Both the position numbers and the translations under genes were made by a program. Below the pieces are notes generated by a model. The model was not told the DNA's origin, ran no database searches, and saw only the letters and a program-made list of their open reading frames with translations. From an uncultured bacterium (GTDB lineage Bacteria; Omnitrophota; Gorgyraeia; Zapsychrales; Aceulaceae): 64,000 nt of DNA. Each line of letters starts with the position of its first letter. Within the stretch, counting starts at the first letter, position 1. Positions 7,824 through 17,032 of this stretch are shown here, in pieces. The stretch is taken from positions 193,749 through 257,748 of the forward strand of contig CALGLP010000006.1 in the NCBI GenBank assembly GCA_937930175.1. The letters are read 5' to 3'.

Positions 7824-10613
7824 TCAAATTTTTAGATAAGGTTTTAAATAGGCGCCGGTATAAGATTTCTTATCTTTGATGAGCTCTTCCGGGGTGCCGG
7901 CAAAAACAACCTCGCCGCCCTTGTCTCCCCCATCAGGGCCAAGGTCAACGACATAATCCGCGTTTTTAATGACTTCGAGGTTGTGCTCAATGACTAAAAC
8001 CGTGTTACCTTTATCTACAAGTTTTTGTAAAACGCCCAAAAGTTTATCAACATCGGCAAAATGAAGCCCGGTGGTTGGTTCATCAAGGATATAGAGTGTT
8101 TTTCCTGTGGCAAATTTGCAGAGTTCGCTAGCGAGTTTGACGCGCTGGGCTTCGCCCCCCGATAGGGTTGTCGCGGGTTGGCCTAGCTTGATATATCCTA
8201 AGCCCACCTCCTCGAGCGTTTTTAAGACTTTGGTGATGCGTGGCATATGTTCAAATAAATGTAAGGCTTCTTCAACGGACATATTCAAGATATCAGAAAT
8301 ATTCTTTCCTTTGAAACAAACTTCTAGGGTTTGTTCTGTAAAGCGTGCCCCGTGACAGACTTCGCATTCGACATAGACATCAGGAAGAAAATGCATTTCA
8401 ATTTTTTTGATGCCATCGCCGCAGCAGGCCTCACAGCGGCCACCTTTGACGTTAAAGCTAAAGCGTCCAGGTTTATAGCCGCGCAATTTGGCTTCGGGAA
8501 GCTGGCTTAATAATGTGCGAATAGGCCCAAAGACGTCGGTGTAGGTAGCTGGATTTGATCGGGGTGTGCGTCCAATGGGTGATTGGTCAACAACAATCAC
8601 TTTGTCGAGATGTTCAATGCCTTCGATTTTTTGATGGCGTCCTGGTTTTTCTTTTGCATGATAGAGTTTTTGGGCAAGGGCGTTAAAGAGAATATCCGAA
8701 ATTAAGGTTGATTTTCCTGACCCGGAAACACCGGTCACGCAGATAAACGTTCCTAAGGGAAAATGTACGTCAATATTCTTAAGATTATGTTCTTGGGCCT
8801 TGATAATTTTTAATGCTGGAACATTGGTAATAGCCCGACGTTTTTGGGGTTTGTGAATCTGAAGCTGGCCCGTCAGATAGCGGCCCGTTAGGGATTTTCT
8901 TGACTTGAGGAGACCTTTGAGGTCGCCTGCGTAAACGACTTTTCCACCGTGTTCACCGGCAGCAGGGCCTAAATCAATGATGTAATCTGCGGCACGGATT
9001 GTTGCTTCATCATGCTCAACGACGATGAGGGTGTTCCCAAGATCACGTAAGGATTGAAGTGTGCGTAGAAGCATGGCATTATCTTTTTGATGGAGTCCAA
9101 TGCTTGGCTCGTCAAGAATGTAGATTACACCAACAAGCCCGGATCCCACCTGCGTTGCCAAGCGAATACGCTCAGCTTCTCCGCCTGAGAGCGTTGCGCT
9201 TTTGCGATCAAGGGTCAAATAGCCTAAGCCCACATTAATACAGAAATCGAGGCGTCGGATAATTTCTTTAAGGATTTGTTCGCTGATAATCTTTTGTGTT
9301 GGTGACAAGGGCAAGGTTTTAAAGAATTGGCGTGATGTGACAATGGACATTTGTGCGATTTCATAAATATTCTTTTGGGCAATACGGATAGCTAGGGATT
9401 CTTTTTTGAGCCTGGCGCCAAGACATTCTGGGCATGGAGAAACAGACAGGAAGTTTGAAATTTCTGTTTTGAGCCAGTCACTGTCCGTGTCACGAAACAT
9501 GCGCTCAAGATAGCCGACAACGCCTTCAAATCGCTTGCCCCAGATCTCATCGTTAGAGCCGTAGAGGGCTATCTGCTGAAATGATTTTGTAAGTTTGTTG
9601 TACGGTAGCGCGCAATCAATATTGTAAAGATCAGCCAATTCACGTAAAACAGCACGGTAATACATCATGTAGCCGCGTTTTCCTTTATGCCAGGGTGCAA
9701 TGGCATTGATCCATGGTTTTGATGGATCAGGAATTAAAAGCGTGGGGTCAATTTCCATCTTTGTTCCAAGGCCGTTGCATTTAGGGCAAGCACCATAAGG
9801 AGAATTAAAGGAAAAAATGCGAGGTTCAATTTCGCTGATATTTGTTCCGCAATCCACGCAGGCGTATCGCTCGGAAAAGAGCTGATCGTTTGCTTTTTCG
9901 TCGCTCACAATCACAAGGCCATGCCCCATTTTAAGAGCGGTCTCAAGCGAGTCTGTGAGGCGTTTTTTAATCTCGGGCTTAATTGTAAGTCGGTCGATGA
10001 CAATGTCAATATGATGGATCTTGTATTTATCGAGCTTGATATCGGCGTGGACATCGTGGATTTGGCCATCAATGCGCATGCGCACAAAACCAGCCTTGGA
10101 GATCTGATTTTGAATATTGCGATATTCCCCTTTTTTACCACGGATAAATGGGGCCAGAAGCATCACAGCCTTTCCTTCGTGATCGCGTAGGATCTGGCGG
10201 GCTATTTCTTCTACCGTTTGGCGTTCAATTTTTTTACCGCAGATATGGCAATGGGGTGTTCCGATGCGGGCAAATAAAAGTCGCAGGTAATCATAAATTT
10301 CTGTTTGGGTCGCTACGCTTGAACGAGGGTTGCGCGTGGTTGTTTTTTGCTCAATGGAAATTGTCGGTGAGAGCCCTTCAATGTGTTCAACGTTGGGTTT
10401 CTGAAGTTGTTCTAAGAATTGGCGTGCGTAGGCCGAGAGGCTTTCCACGTAACGGCGCTGGCCTTCGGCGTAGATCGTGTCAAAGGCAAGAGATGATTTG
10501 CCAGAGCCGCTTAATCCCGTCACGATGACAAGCTTGTCACGGGGAATCTTAAGATCGATATCTTTAAGATTGTGTTCTTTAGCTCCTTGGATGAGGATAA
10601 AGTTATTTTTCAT
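7824..10613 (-). CDS. uvrA: excinuclease ABC subunit A
   Basis: 929 aa with two ABC ATPase modules ([12 protein letters not shown] and [10 protein letters not shown]) and zinc-finger Cys clusters. Textbook UvrA. Confidence 0.95.
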   Translation of the reverse strand: MKNNFILIQGAKEHNLKDIDLKIPRDKLVIVTGLSGSGKSSLAFDTIYAEGQRRYVESLSAYARQFLEQLQKPNVEHIEGLSPTISIEQKTTTRNPRSSVATQTEIYDYLRLLFARIGTPHCHICGKKIERQTVEEIARQILRDHEGKAVMLLAPFIRGKKGEYRNIQNQISKAGFVRMRIDGQIHDVHADIKLDKYKIHHIDIVIDRLTIKPEIKKRLTDSLETALKMGHGLVIVSDEKANDQLFSERYACVDCGTNISEIEPRIFSFNSPYGACPKCNGLGTKMEIDPTLLIPDPSKPWINAIAPWHKGKRGYMMYYRAVLRELADLYNIDCALPYNKLTKSFQQIALYGSNDEIWGKRFEGVVGYLERMFRDTDSDWLKTEISNFLSVSPCPECLGARLKKESLAIRIAQKNIYEIAQMSIVTSRQFFKTLPLSPTQKIISEQILKEIIRRLDFCINVGLGYLTLDRKSATLSGGEAERIRLATQVGSGLVGVIYILDEPSIGLHQKDNAMLLRTLQSLRDLGNTLIVVEHDEATIRAADYIIDLGPAAGEHGGKVVYAGDLKGLLKSRKSLTGRYLTGQLQIHKPQKRRAITNVPALKIIKAQEHNLKNIDVHFPLGTFICVTGVSGSGKSTLISDILFNALAQKLYHAKEKPGRHQKIEGIEHLDKVIVVDQSPIGRTPRSNPATYTDVFGPIRTLLSQLPEAKLRGYKPGRFSFNVKGGRCEACCGDGIKKIEMHFLPDVYVECEVCHGARFTEQTLEVCFKGKNISDILNMSVEEALHLFEHMPRITKVLKTLEEVGLGYIKLGQPATTLSGGEAQRVKLASELCKFATGKTLYILDEPTTGLHFADVDKLLGVLQKLVDKGNTVLVIEHNLEVIKNADYVVDLGPDGGDKGGEVVFAGTPEELIKDKKSYTGAYLKPYLKI

Positions 10614-10657
10614 TGAGTTGTGAGGCCTGACTACGTGGTTGGATGAAGGAAACGATT

Positions 10658-10697
10658 CATCGATAAGCCCCGAGGTTGCGCTAGGGGCTTATCGATG
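10658..10697 (-). terminator. hairpin (14-bp perfect stem CATCGATAAGCCCC / GGGGCTTATCGATG, 12-nt loop) just downstream of the small K-rich gene
   Basis: Seen directly in the sequence. It lies 10 nt after the stop at 10707 on the minus strand and is followed by a modest U-rich tract. It would terminate the long minus-strand gene run before the uvrA promoter. Confidence 0.45.
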
Positions 10698-10706
10698 AAC
10701 AACAAG

Positions 10707-10952
10707 TTACTTCTTCTTTTTCTTCTTTTGGCCACCGCGGACCATCTTTGCGCAAGAAACATCTCCCTGCTTGTCAACGAAGTAGAGATATCCTTTTTCT
10801 TTCTTCACGCCAACCTTAGCAACTTTCTTAGGTTTACCACCTTTTTTGTTGCCTCGAGCCATGACGGCGCAAGAAACATCTCCCGCCTTATCGATAAAAT
10901 AGAGGAATCCTTTTTCTCTCTTGATACCGACTTTTGCAATTTTTTTCGCCAT
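10707..10952 (-). CDS. small lysine-rich protein with two tandem ~33-aa repeats and poly-K tail
   Basis: 81 aa: MAKKIAKVGIKREKGFLYFIDKAGDVSCAVMARG ... PKKVAKVGVKKEKGYLYFVDKQGDVSCAKMVRGGQKKKKKK. A strong SD (GGGAGGTG) sits 8-10 nt upstream. It is followed by a hairpin and is co-oriented with its neighbours. Confidence 0.6.
   Translation of the reverse strand: MAKKIAKVGIKREKGFLYFIDKAGDVSCAVMARGNKKGGKPKKVAKVGVKKEKGYLYFVDKQGDVSCAKMVRGGQKKKKKK
10734..10949 (-). repeat. intragenic tandem direct repeat, two ~99-bp units with 117-bp period (~75-80% identical)
   Basis: GCGCAAGAAACATCTCC... recurs at 10750 and 10867. It encodes the duplicated module of the K-rich protein. Confidence 0.7.
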
Positions 10953-10969
10953 TGTCTATTCACCTCCCT

Positions 10970-11782
10970 TCATGTGCCGATTTTTACAGAATGAAAAAAT
11001 TGTTTTAATGTTTGGATAGCTGATAAAACGGCTAGATAGCTTGTTTTGGGGTTATCCGGGCAAGCTACGTTATCGGTGCGAAGAGTTAAGCGGCCAAAGG
11101 TTCCGTAAACCTCAATGGCATGCGAATTAAGCCTAAAGGCTGGCGATGTCACGATGCGAATGCGAATTTTATTTTTAACCTGAGAGCCGAGCGCTAGAGT
11201 CGCAGCGACGTTGATGTTGCGTGGAAAAAGCTTGATCGACTCCTGGACCGTTCCATCAAAGATCACGGTTTCTTTTTTTAGTGCGCTTAAGATAACGCCC
11301 TTTTTGGTTAAATAATCAGATTGACTCAAACTGGACGGTGGCTTACTCGTTGTGAGCGTGATTTTCGTGATGTTCTTGGCCCCGACGGATTTGATAATAT
11401 CTAACCCGCCAATGGCGCCAGAAGGAATGAGAACCGCGGTGTGATTTTTTTCAGCGATGGAGAGAATTTTGGGGATGTTCAGCACTTTCCCAACGCTCAT
11501 GACCATAATGCCTTTTTTAGCGCGAATGACTTGTTCAATGATCGCAGTTGTTTCGTTAGAGGCAATGGCTTCAATAACAAAATCACAAGACGTGATAAGG
11601 TCTTGAAGCGATCGTTTAATAAGGCGTGGCTTGAGCTTTAAGGATGCAATGAGACTTTTGGGTTTTTCCGGCGCAAGGTCATAAAGGCCTGTAATGATAC
11701 AATGCTTCTTGAGATCATGCTGAACGCTTCTGGCAAGACGAGAGCCAATAGCGCCACAACCGATAAATCCAATCTTTAACAT
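10970..11782 (-). CDS. nadX: L-aspartate dehydrogenase
   Basis: MLKIGFIGCGAIG Rossmann start, with SGAIGGLD, LFPRNINVA and DNPKTS motifs matching the aspartate dehydrogenase (Asp_DH_C) family. The start was chosen at the internal ATG with an SD. Alternative start 11800 is an ATGA overlap with panC. Confidence 0.7.
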   Translation of the reverse strand: MLKIGFIGCGAIGSRLARSVQHDLKKHCIITGLYDLAPEKPKSLIASLKLKPRLIKRSLQDLITSCDFVIEAIASNETTAIIEQVIRAKKGIMVMSVGKVLNIPKILSIAEKNHTAVLIPSGAIGGLDIIKSVGAKNITKITLTTSKPPSSLSQSDYLTKKGVILSALKKETVIFDGTVQESIKLFPRNINVAATLALGSQVKNKIRIRIVTSPAFRLNSHAIEVYGTFGRLTLRTDNVACPDNPKTSYLAVLSAIQTLKQFFHSVKIGT

Positions 11783-11796
11783 TTTATTTTGCCTTC

Positions 11797-12642
11797 TCAT
11801 GTTTGGATGAGAACATTATCAATCAACCGAGTTTTTCCGATAAAGACAGCTAATGCGATCAGAATATTTCCCTCTAGGTGATCAACGGGTTGTAGTGTTT
11901 TTGCGTTAACACAACGCACATAATCTATTTTTGCTAAAGAACTCTTTTTAATAACTTTTTTCATTTGCGTAAGAATGACCGTTGATCGACGCTCCCCTTT
12001 TTTGATCAGTATTTGCGCTTGGACCAATGCTCGGTAAAGGGATTGCGCTTGCAGGCGCTCTTTGGGCGAAAGATAGCTGTTACGTGAACTTAGCGCAAGG
12101 CCATCTTTTTCGCGAACCGTCGGCACGCTCGTGATGCGTACCGGCCAGTTAAGATCTGCAACCATTTTCTTGATGACAGCAACTTGTTGTGCATCTTTCT
12201 GGCCTAAGTAAAGCGTTGTCGGGTTAACGGCATTGATAAGCTTAGCGACAATGGTTGCCACGCCGCGAAAATGTCCTGGCCGCGACGCCCCACAAAGACC
12301 ATCGCTGATGCGCTCAACAGTGATAGATGTCAAATAGCCCGACGGATATATTTCTTTTACCGACGGATAAAATATTATATCAACTTTTTCTTTTTTTGCC
12401 AACATTTCGTCATGTTTTTTATTACGAGGATATCGTCGATAATCTTCGTTAGGACCAAATTGTGTTGGGTTGACAAAGATGCTTAAAATGCAAAGATCAT
12501 TTTCTTTTCGGCACTTGTGCAAGAGAGCCGCATGGCCTTGATGGAGATAGCCCATGGTTGGGACAAATCCAATGCGTTGCCCCTTTTTTTTGGCTTTTAG
12601 GCTAAACGCTTGCATGGCAGTGACGGTTGTGATGATCTTCAT
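11797..12642 (-). CDS. panC: pantoate--beta-alanine ligase
   Basis: GFVPTMGYLHQGHAALL HIGH-like motif and overall PanC architecture (281 aa). Confidence 0.9.
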   Translation of the reverse strand: MKIITTVTAMQAFSLKAKKKGQRIGFVPTMGYLHQGHAALLHKCRKENDLCILSIFVNPTQFGPNEDYRRYPRNKKHDEMLAKKEKVDIIFYPSVKEIYPSGYLTSITVERISDGLCGASRPGHFRGVATIVAKLINAVNPTTLYLGQKDAQQVAVIKKMVADLNWPVRITSVPTVREKDGLALSSRNSYLSPKERLQAQSLYRALVQAQILIKKGERRSTVILTQMKKVIKKSSLAKIDYVRCVNAKTLQPVDHLEGNILIALAVFIGKTRLIDNVLIQT

Positions 12643-13070
12643 GCGTGTTCCTTTGTGAGTGCGTGCACAAGCGCGGGATCAATTTCTTCTAAGGGCCTTA
12701 TCACAAAGGCGCGTTCAAGCATGCGCGGATGAGGAATCACTAAGTTTGCCTCATGAATGCGTTCATTATCGTAGAGAAGGATATCAATGTCGATGATGCG
12801 TGGTGCGTTGGGAATTGAGCTATGCAGGCGTCCCATGCGATGTTCAATTCCTTGCGTTGCATGAAGAAGTTCTTGCGCAGAAAGCGTGGTCGTTGCCTTT
12901 AAAACAGCATTTAAGTATTTTTCTTGAGGTGGTCCGCCGACAGGATCAGTTTCAATGATTGTTGAAACGCGTTCGATGGTTGTATGAGTGGCAAGCAGGC
13001 TTATCGCCTGCTCAATATGCTTTAGGCGATCGCCGATATTTGATCCTAGCCCAAGGTACACCAGAGCCAT
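12639..13070 (-). CDS. folK: 2-amino-4-hydroxy-6-hydroxymethyldihydropteridine pyrophosphokinase (HPPK)
   Basis: VYLGLGSNIGDR ... IDIDIL motifs of HPPK. Start chosen at ATG (MALVYLG). The track ORF begins 5 codons earlier at TTG. Confidence 0.85.
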   Translation of the reverse strand: MALVYLGLGSNIGDRLKHIEQAISLLATHTTIERVSTIIETDPVGGPPQEKYLNAVLKATTTLSAQELLHATQGIEHRMGRLHSSIPNAPRIIDIDILLYDNERIHEANLVIPHPRMLERAFVIRPLEEIDPALVHALTKEHA

Positions 13071-13093
13071 CGGTATTTGCCTCAATGAGAAGA

Positions 13094-14248
13094 TTAGAGA
13101 ATCTTTTTTAGTCGATGAACAGCTTCTAAAAGTCTTGCTTTATCCATGGTCATAGTCATGCGGATGTAGCCTTCGCCATGGGTTCCAAATCCTACTCCGG
13201 GGGTGGCAACAATATTGGCTTTATCTAAAAATGTTTTTGCAGTTTCCATGGAGCTTTTAAATTTTTTAGGAATCGCCGACCAAAGATAGTATGTCGCTTT
13301 GGGCATGGGGACGTTCCATCCAATGGCGTGCAGCCCCTTGATAAAGGCATCCCTTCGATCTTGATAAAGTGTGCGCATGTCTTGGGCGGCTTTGTCCCCA
13401 TGTTTAAGGGCTTCGATGCCAGCGATTTGTATAGCCTGAAAAATGCCAGAATCAATATTTGTTTTGACCTTGGCCAGAGCAGCGATGAGTTTGGGGTTGC
13501 CACAGGCCCAGCCGATACGCCAACCGGTCATATAAAAAGTTTTTGAGAAGGAATGAAATTCGATCACGATATCCTTGGCGCCGTCAATCTCGAGAAAGCT
13601 TGAAGGCTTTTTGTTGTCGTAGTAAACCTCCGAATACGCGAGATCTGAGATCACGATGACATTTTCTTTTTTAGCTTGGGCAATCAGATCCTTCATATAG
13701 GCTTTGGGAAGAGTTGCCGCGGTAGGGTTGTTTGGATAATTAAGAAATACGGCTTTCGCGTTTTTAAGATTGGCAAGATCAGGAAGGAATTCATTTTTCT
13801 CAAGTAAGGGTAAACTCAGCGCTTCCCCACCGGCAAACATCACCGAGGAGCGATAGGCCGGATATGCAGGATCAGGAAGAAGCACCTTGTCGCCAGGATT
13901 GATGATCCCCAAGGGAAGATGTGTCAGGCCTTCTTTGGATCCAATGAGAGGATAAACTTCTAAATCAGGATCGAGTGAAATAGAAAAACGCTTTTGGCAC
14001 CAATCGGCAATAGTTTTTCGCAGTTCAGGCATGCCGGCGTCAAAGGCATAATGATGGTTGTTGCCATCTTCAGAGGCTTTTTTTAAGGCATCGATAATAA
14101 ATTGGGGAGTTGCTGAATCGGGATCCCCGACACCTAAATCAATAATATCGCGGCCTTGCGCACGGGCCGCGCGTTTGGCTTTGTCGATCTCAGCAAAAAG
14201 ATAAGGGGGTAGTTGTTTTAAGCGATCTGAGAATTCAATTTCTGACAT
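13094..14248 (-). CDS. dapL: LL-diaminopimelate aminotransferase (class I/II aminotransferase)
   Basis: LPPYLFAEIDKAKRAARAQGRDIIDLGVGDPD N-terminus is typical of DapL. PLP-fold aminotransferase (SFSKTFYMTGWRIG lysine region). It sits inside a dap gene cluster. Confidence 0.7.
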   Translation of the reverse strand: MSEIEFSDRLKQLPPYLFAEIDKAKRAARAQGRDIIDLGVGDPDSATPQFIIDALKKASEDGNNHHYAFDAGMPELRKTIADWCQKRFSISLDPDLEVYPLIGSKEGLTHLPLGIINPGDKVLLPDPAYPAYRSSVMFAGGEALSLPLLEKNEFLPDLANLKNAKAVFLNYPNNPTAATLPKAYMKDLIAQAKKENVIVISDLAYSEVYYDNKKPSSFLEIDGAKDIVIEFHSFSKTFYMTGWRIGWACGNPKLIAALAKVKTNIDSGIFQAIQIAGIEALKHGDKAAQDMRTLYQDRRDAFIKGLHAIGWNVPMPKATYYLWSAIPKKFKSSMETAKTFLDKANIVATPGVGFGTHGEGYIRMTMTMDKARLLEAVHRLKKIL

Positions 14249-14270
14249 ACAGCTTTAGTTCCTTTCCCAG

Positions 14271-14990
14271 CTATTTTAGTTTAAGGACGTCTTGCATGTT
14301 GTAGAGACCAGATTTCTTTTTGCTAATAAATTTGGCGGCCACAAGTGCTCCTTGGGCAAAGATATCACGCGTTTTGGCGTGATGGCGAAGCGTGATCGTA
14401 TCGACATCGCTTTCAAAAATAACATCATGATCGCCGACAATTTCGCCTTCACGAATTGATTGAATGTCGTTTACGCTCATCTTTTTTTCTGCTTCAATAA
14501 TCTGCGCAAGAGTTTTGGCTGTTCCCGAAGGCGCATCTTTTTTGTGAACGTGGTGCGCTTCAACAATGCGAATGCTATAATTTGAGCCAGTTTTTTCCGC
14601 CAAAAGCTTTGTGAGTTTAAAGAAAATATTAACGCCAACAGACATGTTGGTTGATTGAACAATAGGAAGTTTTGATGAGGCGTTCTTGATTTTCTTGCAT
14701 TGGGCATCCGAAAGACCAGTTGTCCCAACCACCATCTTTGTTTTGGAGCTTAAGCAGGCTTTAAGATTTTCTTCGGTTGGCTCAGGAAGGGTGAAGTCAA
14801 TGAGGACATCAGCTTTTTTGATCGCAGAGCGATCTGAGGTGATGGCGATGCCGTCAATGACTTTTCCGATATCAGGGTGGTCTGCTCTGTCTAAAAGCGC
14901 AACGACAGAAAAAGATCGGTCATTTTTTGCCAAGGCGTAAATGCGTTGCCCCATACGTCCACAAAAACCAGTAATCGCTAGGCGAATCAT
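14271..14990 (-). CDS. dapB: 4-hydroxy-tetrahydrodipicolinate reductase
   Basis: MIRLAITGFCGRMGQRI Rossmann start, 239 aa, DapB architecture. Confidence 0.9.
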   Translation of the reverse strand: MIRLAITGFCGRMGQRIYALAKNDRSFSVVALLDRADHPDIGKVIDGIAITSDRSAIKKADVLIDFTLPEPTEENLKACLSSKTKMVVGTTGLSDAQCKKIKNASSKLPIVQSTNMSVGVNIFFKLTKLLAEKTGSNYSIRIVEAHHVHKKDAPSGTAKTLAQIIEAEKKMSVNDIQSIREGEIVGDHDVIFESDVDTITLRHHAKTRDIFAQGALVAAKFISKKKSGLYNMQDVLKLK

Positions 14991-15000
14991 ACATGCTCCA

Positions 15001-15300
15001 TTAAGTATTTTTGTAAAATTTTTGTTTTAAAGAAAAAATGGTGCCTAACAAAAAATAAAAAAAAGTTCCACCAAAAATAAGTGGCATCGACCAAAGTTTA
15101 TGAATTTCATTTACTGGGCATAAGGTTATTGCTATTATTCCGAACATTTCTCCGCCAAATGCTCCGATAGAAGGAACTTTTACTTCTTGCTTAATGAATT
15201 CTCTGTAGATAACAGACCAGTTAAATAGGCTTGCCCAGATACAAAGAGCGCTGATTGGTATCATTAGGATCCATCTTAAAACATCGGTCCATTGGCTCAT
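15001..15300 (-). CDS. small hydrophobic membrane protein (99 aa, about 3 TM) inserted between dapA and dapB
   Basis: ATG start with an AAGGAAA SD. It fits the gap exactly (10-nt spacers on both sides). No family recognised. Confidence 0.5.
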   Translation of the reverse strand: MSQWTDVLRWILMIPISALCIWASLFNWSVIYREFIKQEVKVPSIGAFGGEMFGIIAITLCPVNEIHKLWSMPLIFGGTFFYFLLGTIFSLKQKFYKNT

Positions 15301-15310
15301 ATTTTTTTCC

Positions 15311-16189
15311 TTATTTTAATAACCCGTAATCTTGCAGAGCCTTTTTGACCCGGTCAAAGTTTTTGGGCGCTAAGGGGCATAAGGGTAAGCGCACATCAGG
15401 CGCGCATCGTTTTAAAAGGCCCATGGATGTTTTGACAGGAACAGGATTGGTTTCGCAAAACATCGCTTTGATAAGAGGAATAAGCTTATAGTGAATATCT
15501 TGAGCTTTTTTGATGTCCCCTTTGTCAAACGCCGCGCAAAGAGCGGCGACGTCCTTGGGCACAATGTTGGCCACAACCGAGATAATGCCTGTGCCGCCAA
15601 CCGCCAAGATCGGTAATGTTAGCGAATCATCACCGGCAAGAAGAATAAAGTTTTTTGGACATAAGGATTTTGTAACGCTCGCTTGGTCCAGGGAGCCGGA
15701 AGCTTCTTTGACAGCAACGATATTTTTGCAGTCATGGGCTAAGCGCGCTACAGTTTCAGGTTCAATATTAACCCCAGTACGTCCGGCAATATTGTAAAGA
15801 ATGATCGGGATGTCCACGCTTTCGGCAATGGCTTTAAAGTGTTGATACAGGCCTTCTTGGCTTGGGCGATTGTAATAGGGGCTGACTTGGAGCGAAGCGC
15901 TTGCGCCAGCTTTGGCTGCATCTTTCGTGAGTGTAATGGCTTCTTGGGTCGAATTTGATCCTGTCCCTGCAATAACCGGGACACGCTTGTTGGCAGCCTC
16001 GATGCAAATTTCAATCACACGCTCATGCTCAACATTGGTGAGTGTCGGCGACTCACCTGTTGTTCCGCAGGGCACGATACCATTGGTGCCATTCTGGATT
16101 TGAAATTCAACTAATTCTTTAAGCTTGGCTTCATCCACTTTTCCGTTATTAAAGGGTGTGACAATCGCGACGATGGAACCTTTAAACAT
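15311..16189 (-). CDS. dapA: 4-hydroxy-tetrahydrodipicolinate synthase
   Basis: MFKGSIVAIVTPF ... GTTGES signature of DHDPS. GGAGG SD. Confidence 0.9.
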   Translation of the reverse strand: MFKGSIVAIVTPFNNGKVDEAKLKELVEFQIQNGTNGIVPCGTTGESPTLTNVEHERVIEICIEAANKRVPVIAGTGSNSTQEAITLTKDAAKAGASASLQVSPYYNRPSQEGLYQHFKAIAESVDIPIILYNIAGRTGVNIEPETVARLAHDCKNIVAVKEASGSLDQASVTKSLCPKNFILLAGDDSLTLPILAVGGTGIISVVANIVPKDVAALCAAFDKGDIKKAQDIHYKLIPLIKAMFCETNPVPVKTSMGLLKRCAPDVRLPLCPLAPKNFDRVKKALQDYGLLK

Positions 16190-16210
16190 GTGTCCTCCGT
16201 GATTTAGATG

Positions 16211-17032
16211 TTAGAAAAAAAGTTTGCCTTCGGCGATAAAATGCGCGCTGCCGGTTAACCAAACATTTGATATGCGATCTTTACAAAAATCAAAGGTCAC
16301 TTTTAACACTTCGCCGCTGCGAGTTTTGACGCTCATCGCAGCATTGGTTTTGCAATCAACATCGGGATGTGATGTTAAATACGCAATAAGCGCTGAGGCC
16401 ACACTTCCTGTTCCGCACGCTCGCGTTTCAGCTTCTACGCCACGTTCGTAGGTGCGCACGTCAATAAAGTTTCGATCAATCCACTGGGCAAAATTGACAT
16501 TGGTTCCTTTAGGGGCAAACGCACGATGATAGCGAATCATGTGACCAAGGGTGTTGACATTGATTTCATTTAAGCCATGAACAAAACACACCGCATGAGG
16601 GACGCCTGTGTTGATGTAGTCAAGACGAAGCTTGCGGCCATTAATCGAAAGCGTTATATTTTTGGTATAATCTTTAGGGTCGCTAAGGCCAACGGCAATT
16701 AGTTTTCCTTCTTTTCTTGCATGAATGATCCCTGCGAGCGTCTCAAAAGTAATGGAAGATTTTTGGATGTGTTTTGTTTTAAATAGATAAGCTGCCATGC
16801 AGCGCGCGCCATTTCCGCACATTTCCGCCTCAGAACCATCAGCATTAATGATGCGCATTTTGGCAACGGCTTTCTTTGATGGCTCAATGACGATAAGCCC
16901 GTCAGCACCGATGCCATCGGTGCGATGACATACCTTCAAGGCAAGTTTTTTTAGATCAAGTAAGCAGGGACCTTCGATGATGATAAAATCATTGCCTGCC
17001 CCGCACATTTTTGTAAATTTGATATCGTTCAT
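16211..17032 (-). CDS. dapF: diaminopimelate epimerase
   Basis: FTKMCGAGNDFIIIEG and the second catalytic Cys region (ETRACGTG). Start set at MNDIKF, an ATGA overlap with the lysA stop. The track ORF extends 36 codons further upstream into lysA. Confidence 0.9.
   Translation of the reverse strand: MNDIKFTKMCGAGNDFIIIEGPCLLDLKKLALKVCHRTDGIGADGLIVIEPSKKAVAKMRIINADGSEAEMCGNGARCMAAYLFKTKHIQKSSITFETLAGIIHARKEGKLIAVGLSDPKDYTKNITLSINGRKLRLDYINTGVPHAVCFVHGLNEINVNTLGHMIRYHRAFAPKGTNVNFAQWIDRNFIDVRTYERGVEAETRACGTGSVASALIAYLTSHPDVDCKTNAAMSVKTRSGEVLKVTFDFCKDRISNVWLTGSAHFIAEGKLFF

Noticed and set aside
10734-10949. CRISPR-like or VNTR array
   Set aside because: There are only two repeat units, both in frame inside a coding region, and no spacer architecture. 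No CRISPR arrays are present anywhere in the window.
10695-10994. 99-aa plus-strand ORF antisense to the K-rich repeat gene
   Set aside because: It runs into the nadX coding region and has no SD. The minus-strand frame has a strong SD, a downstream terminator hairpin and matches the orientation of the entire operon.
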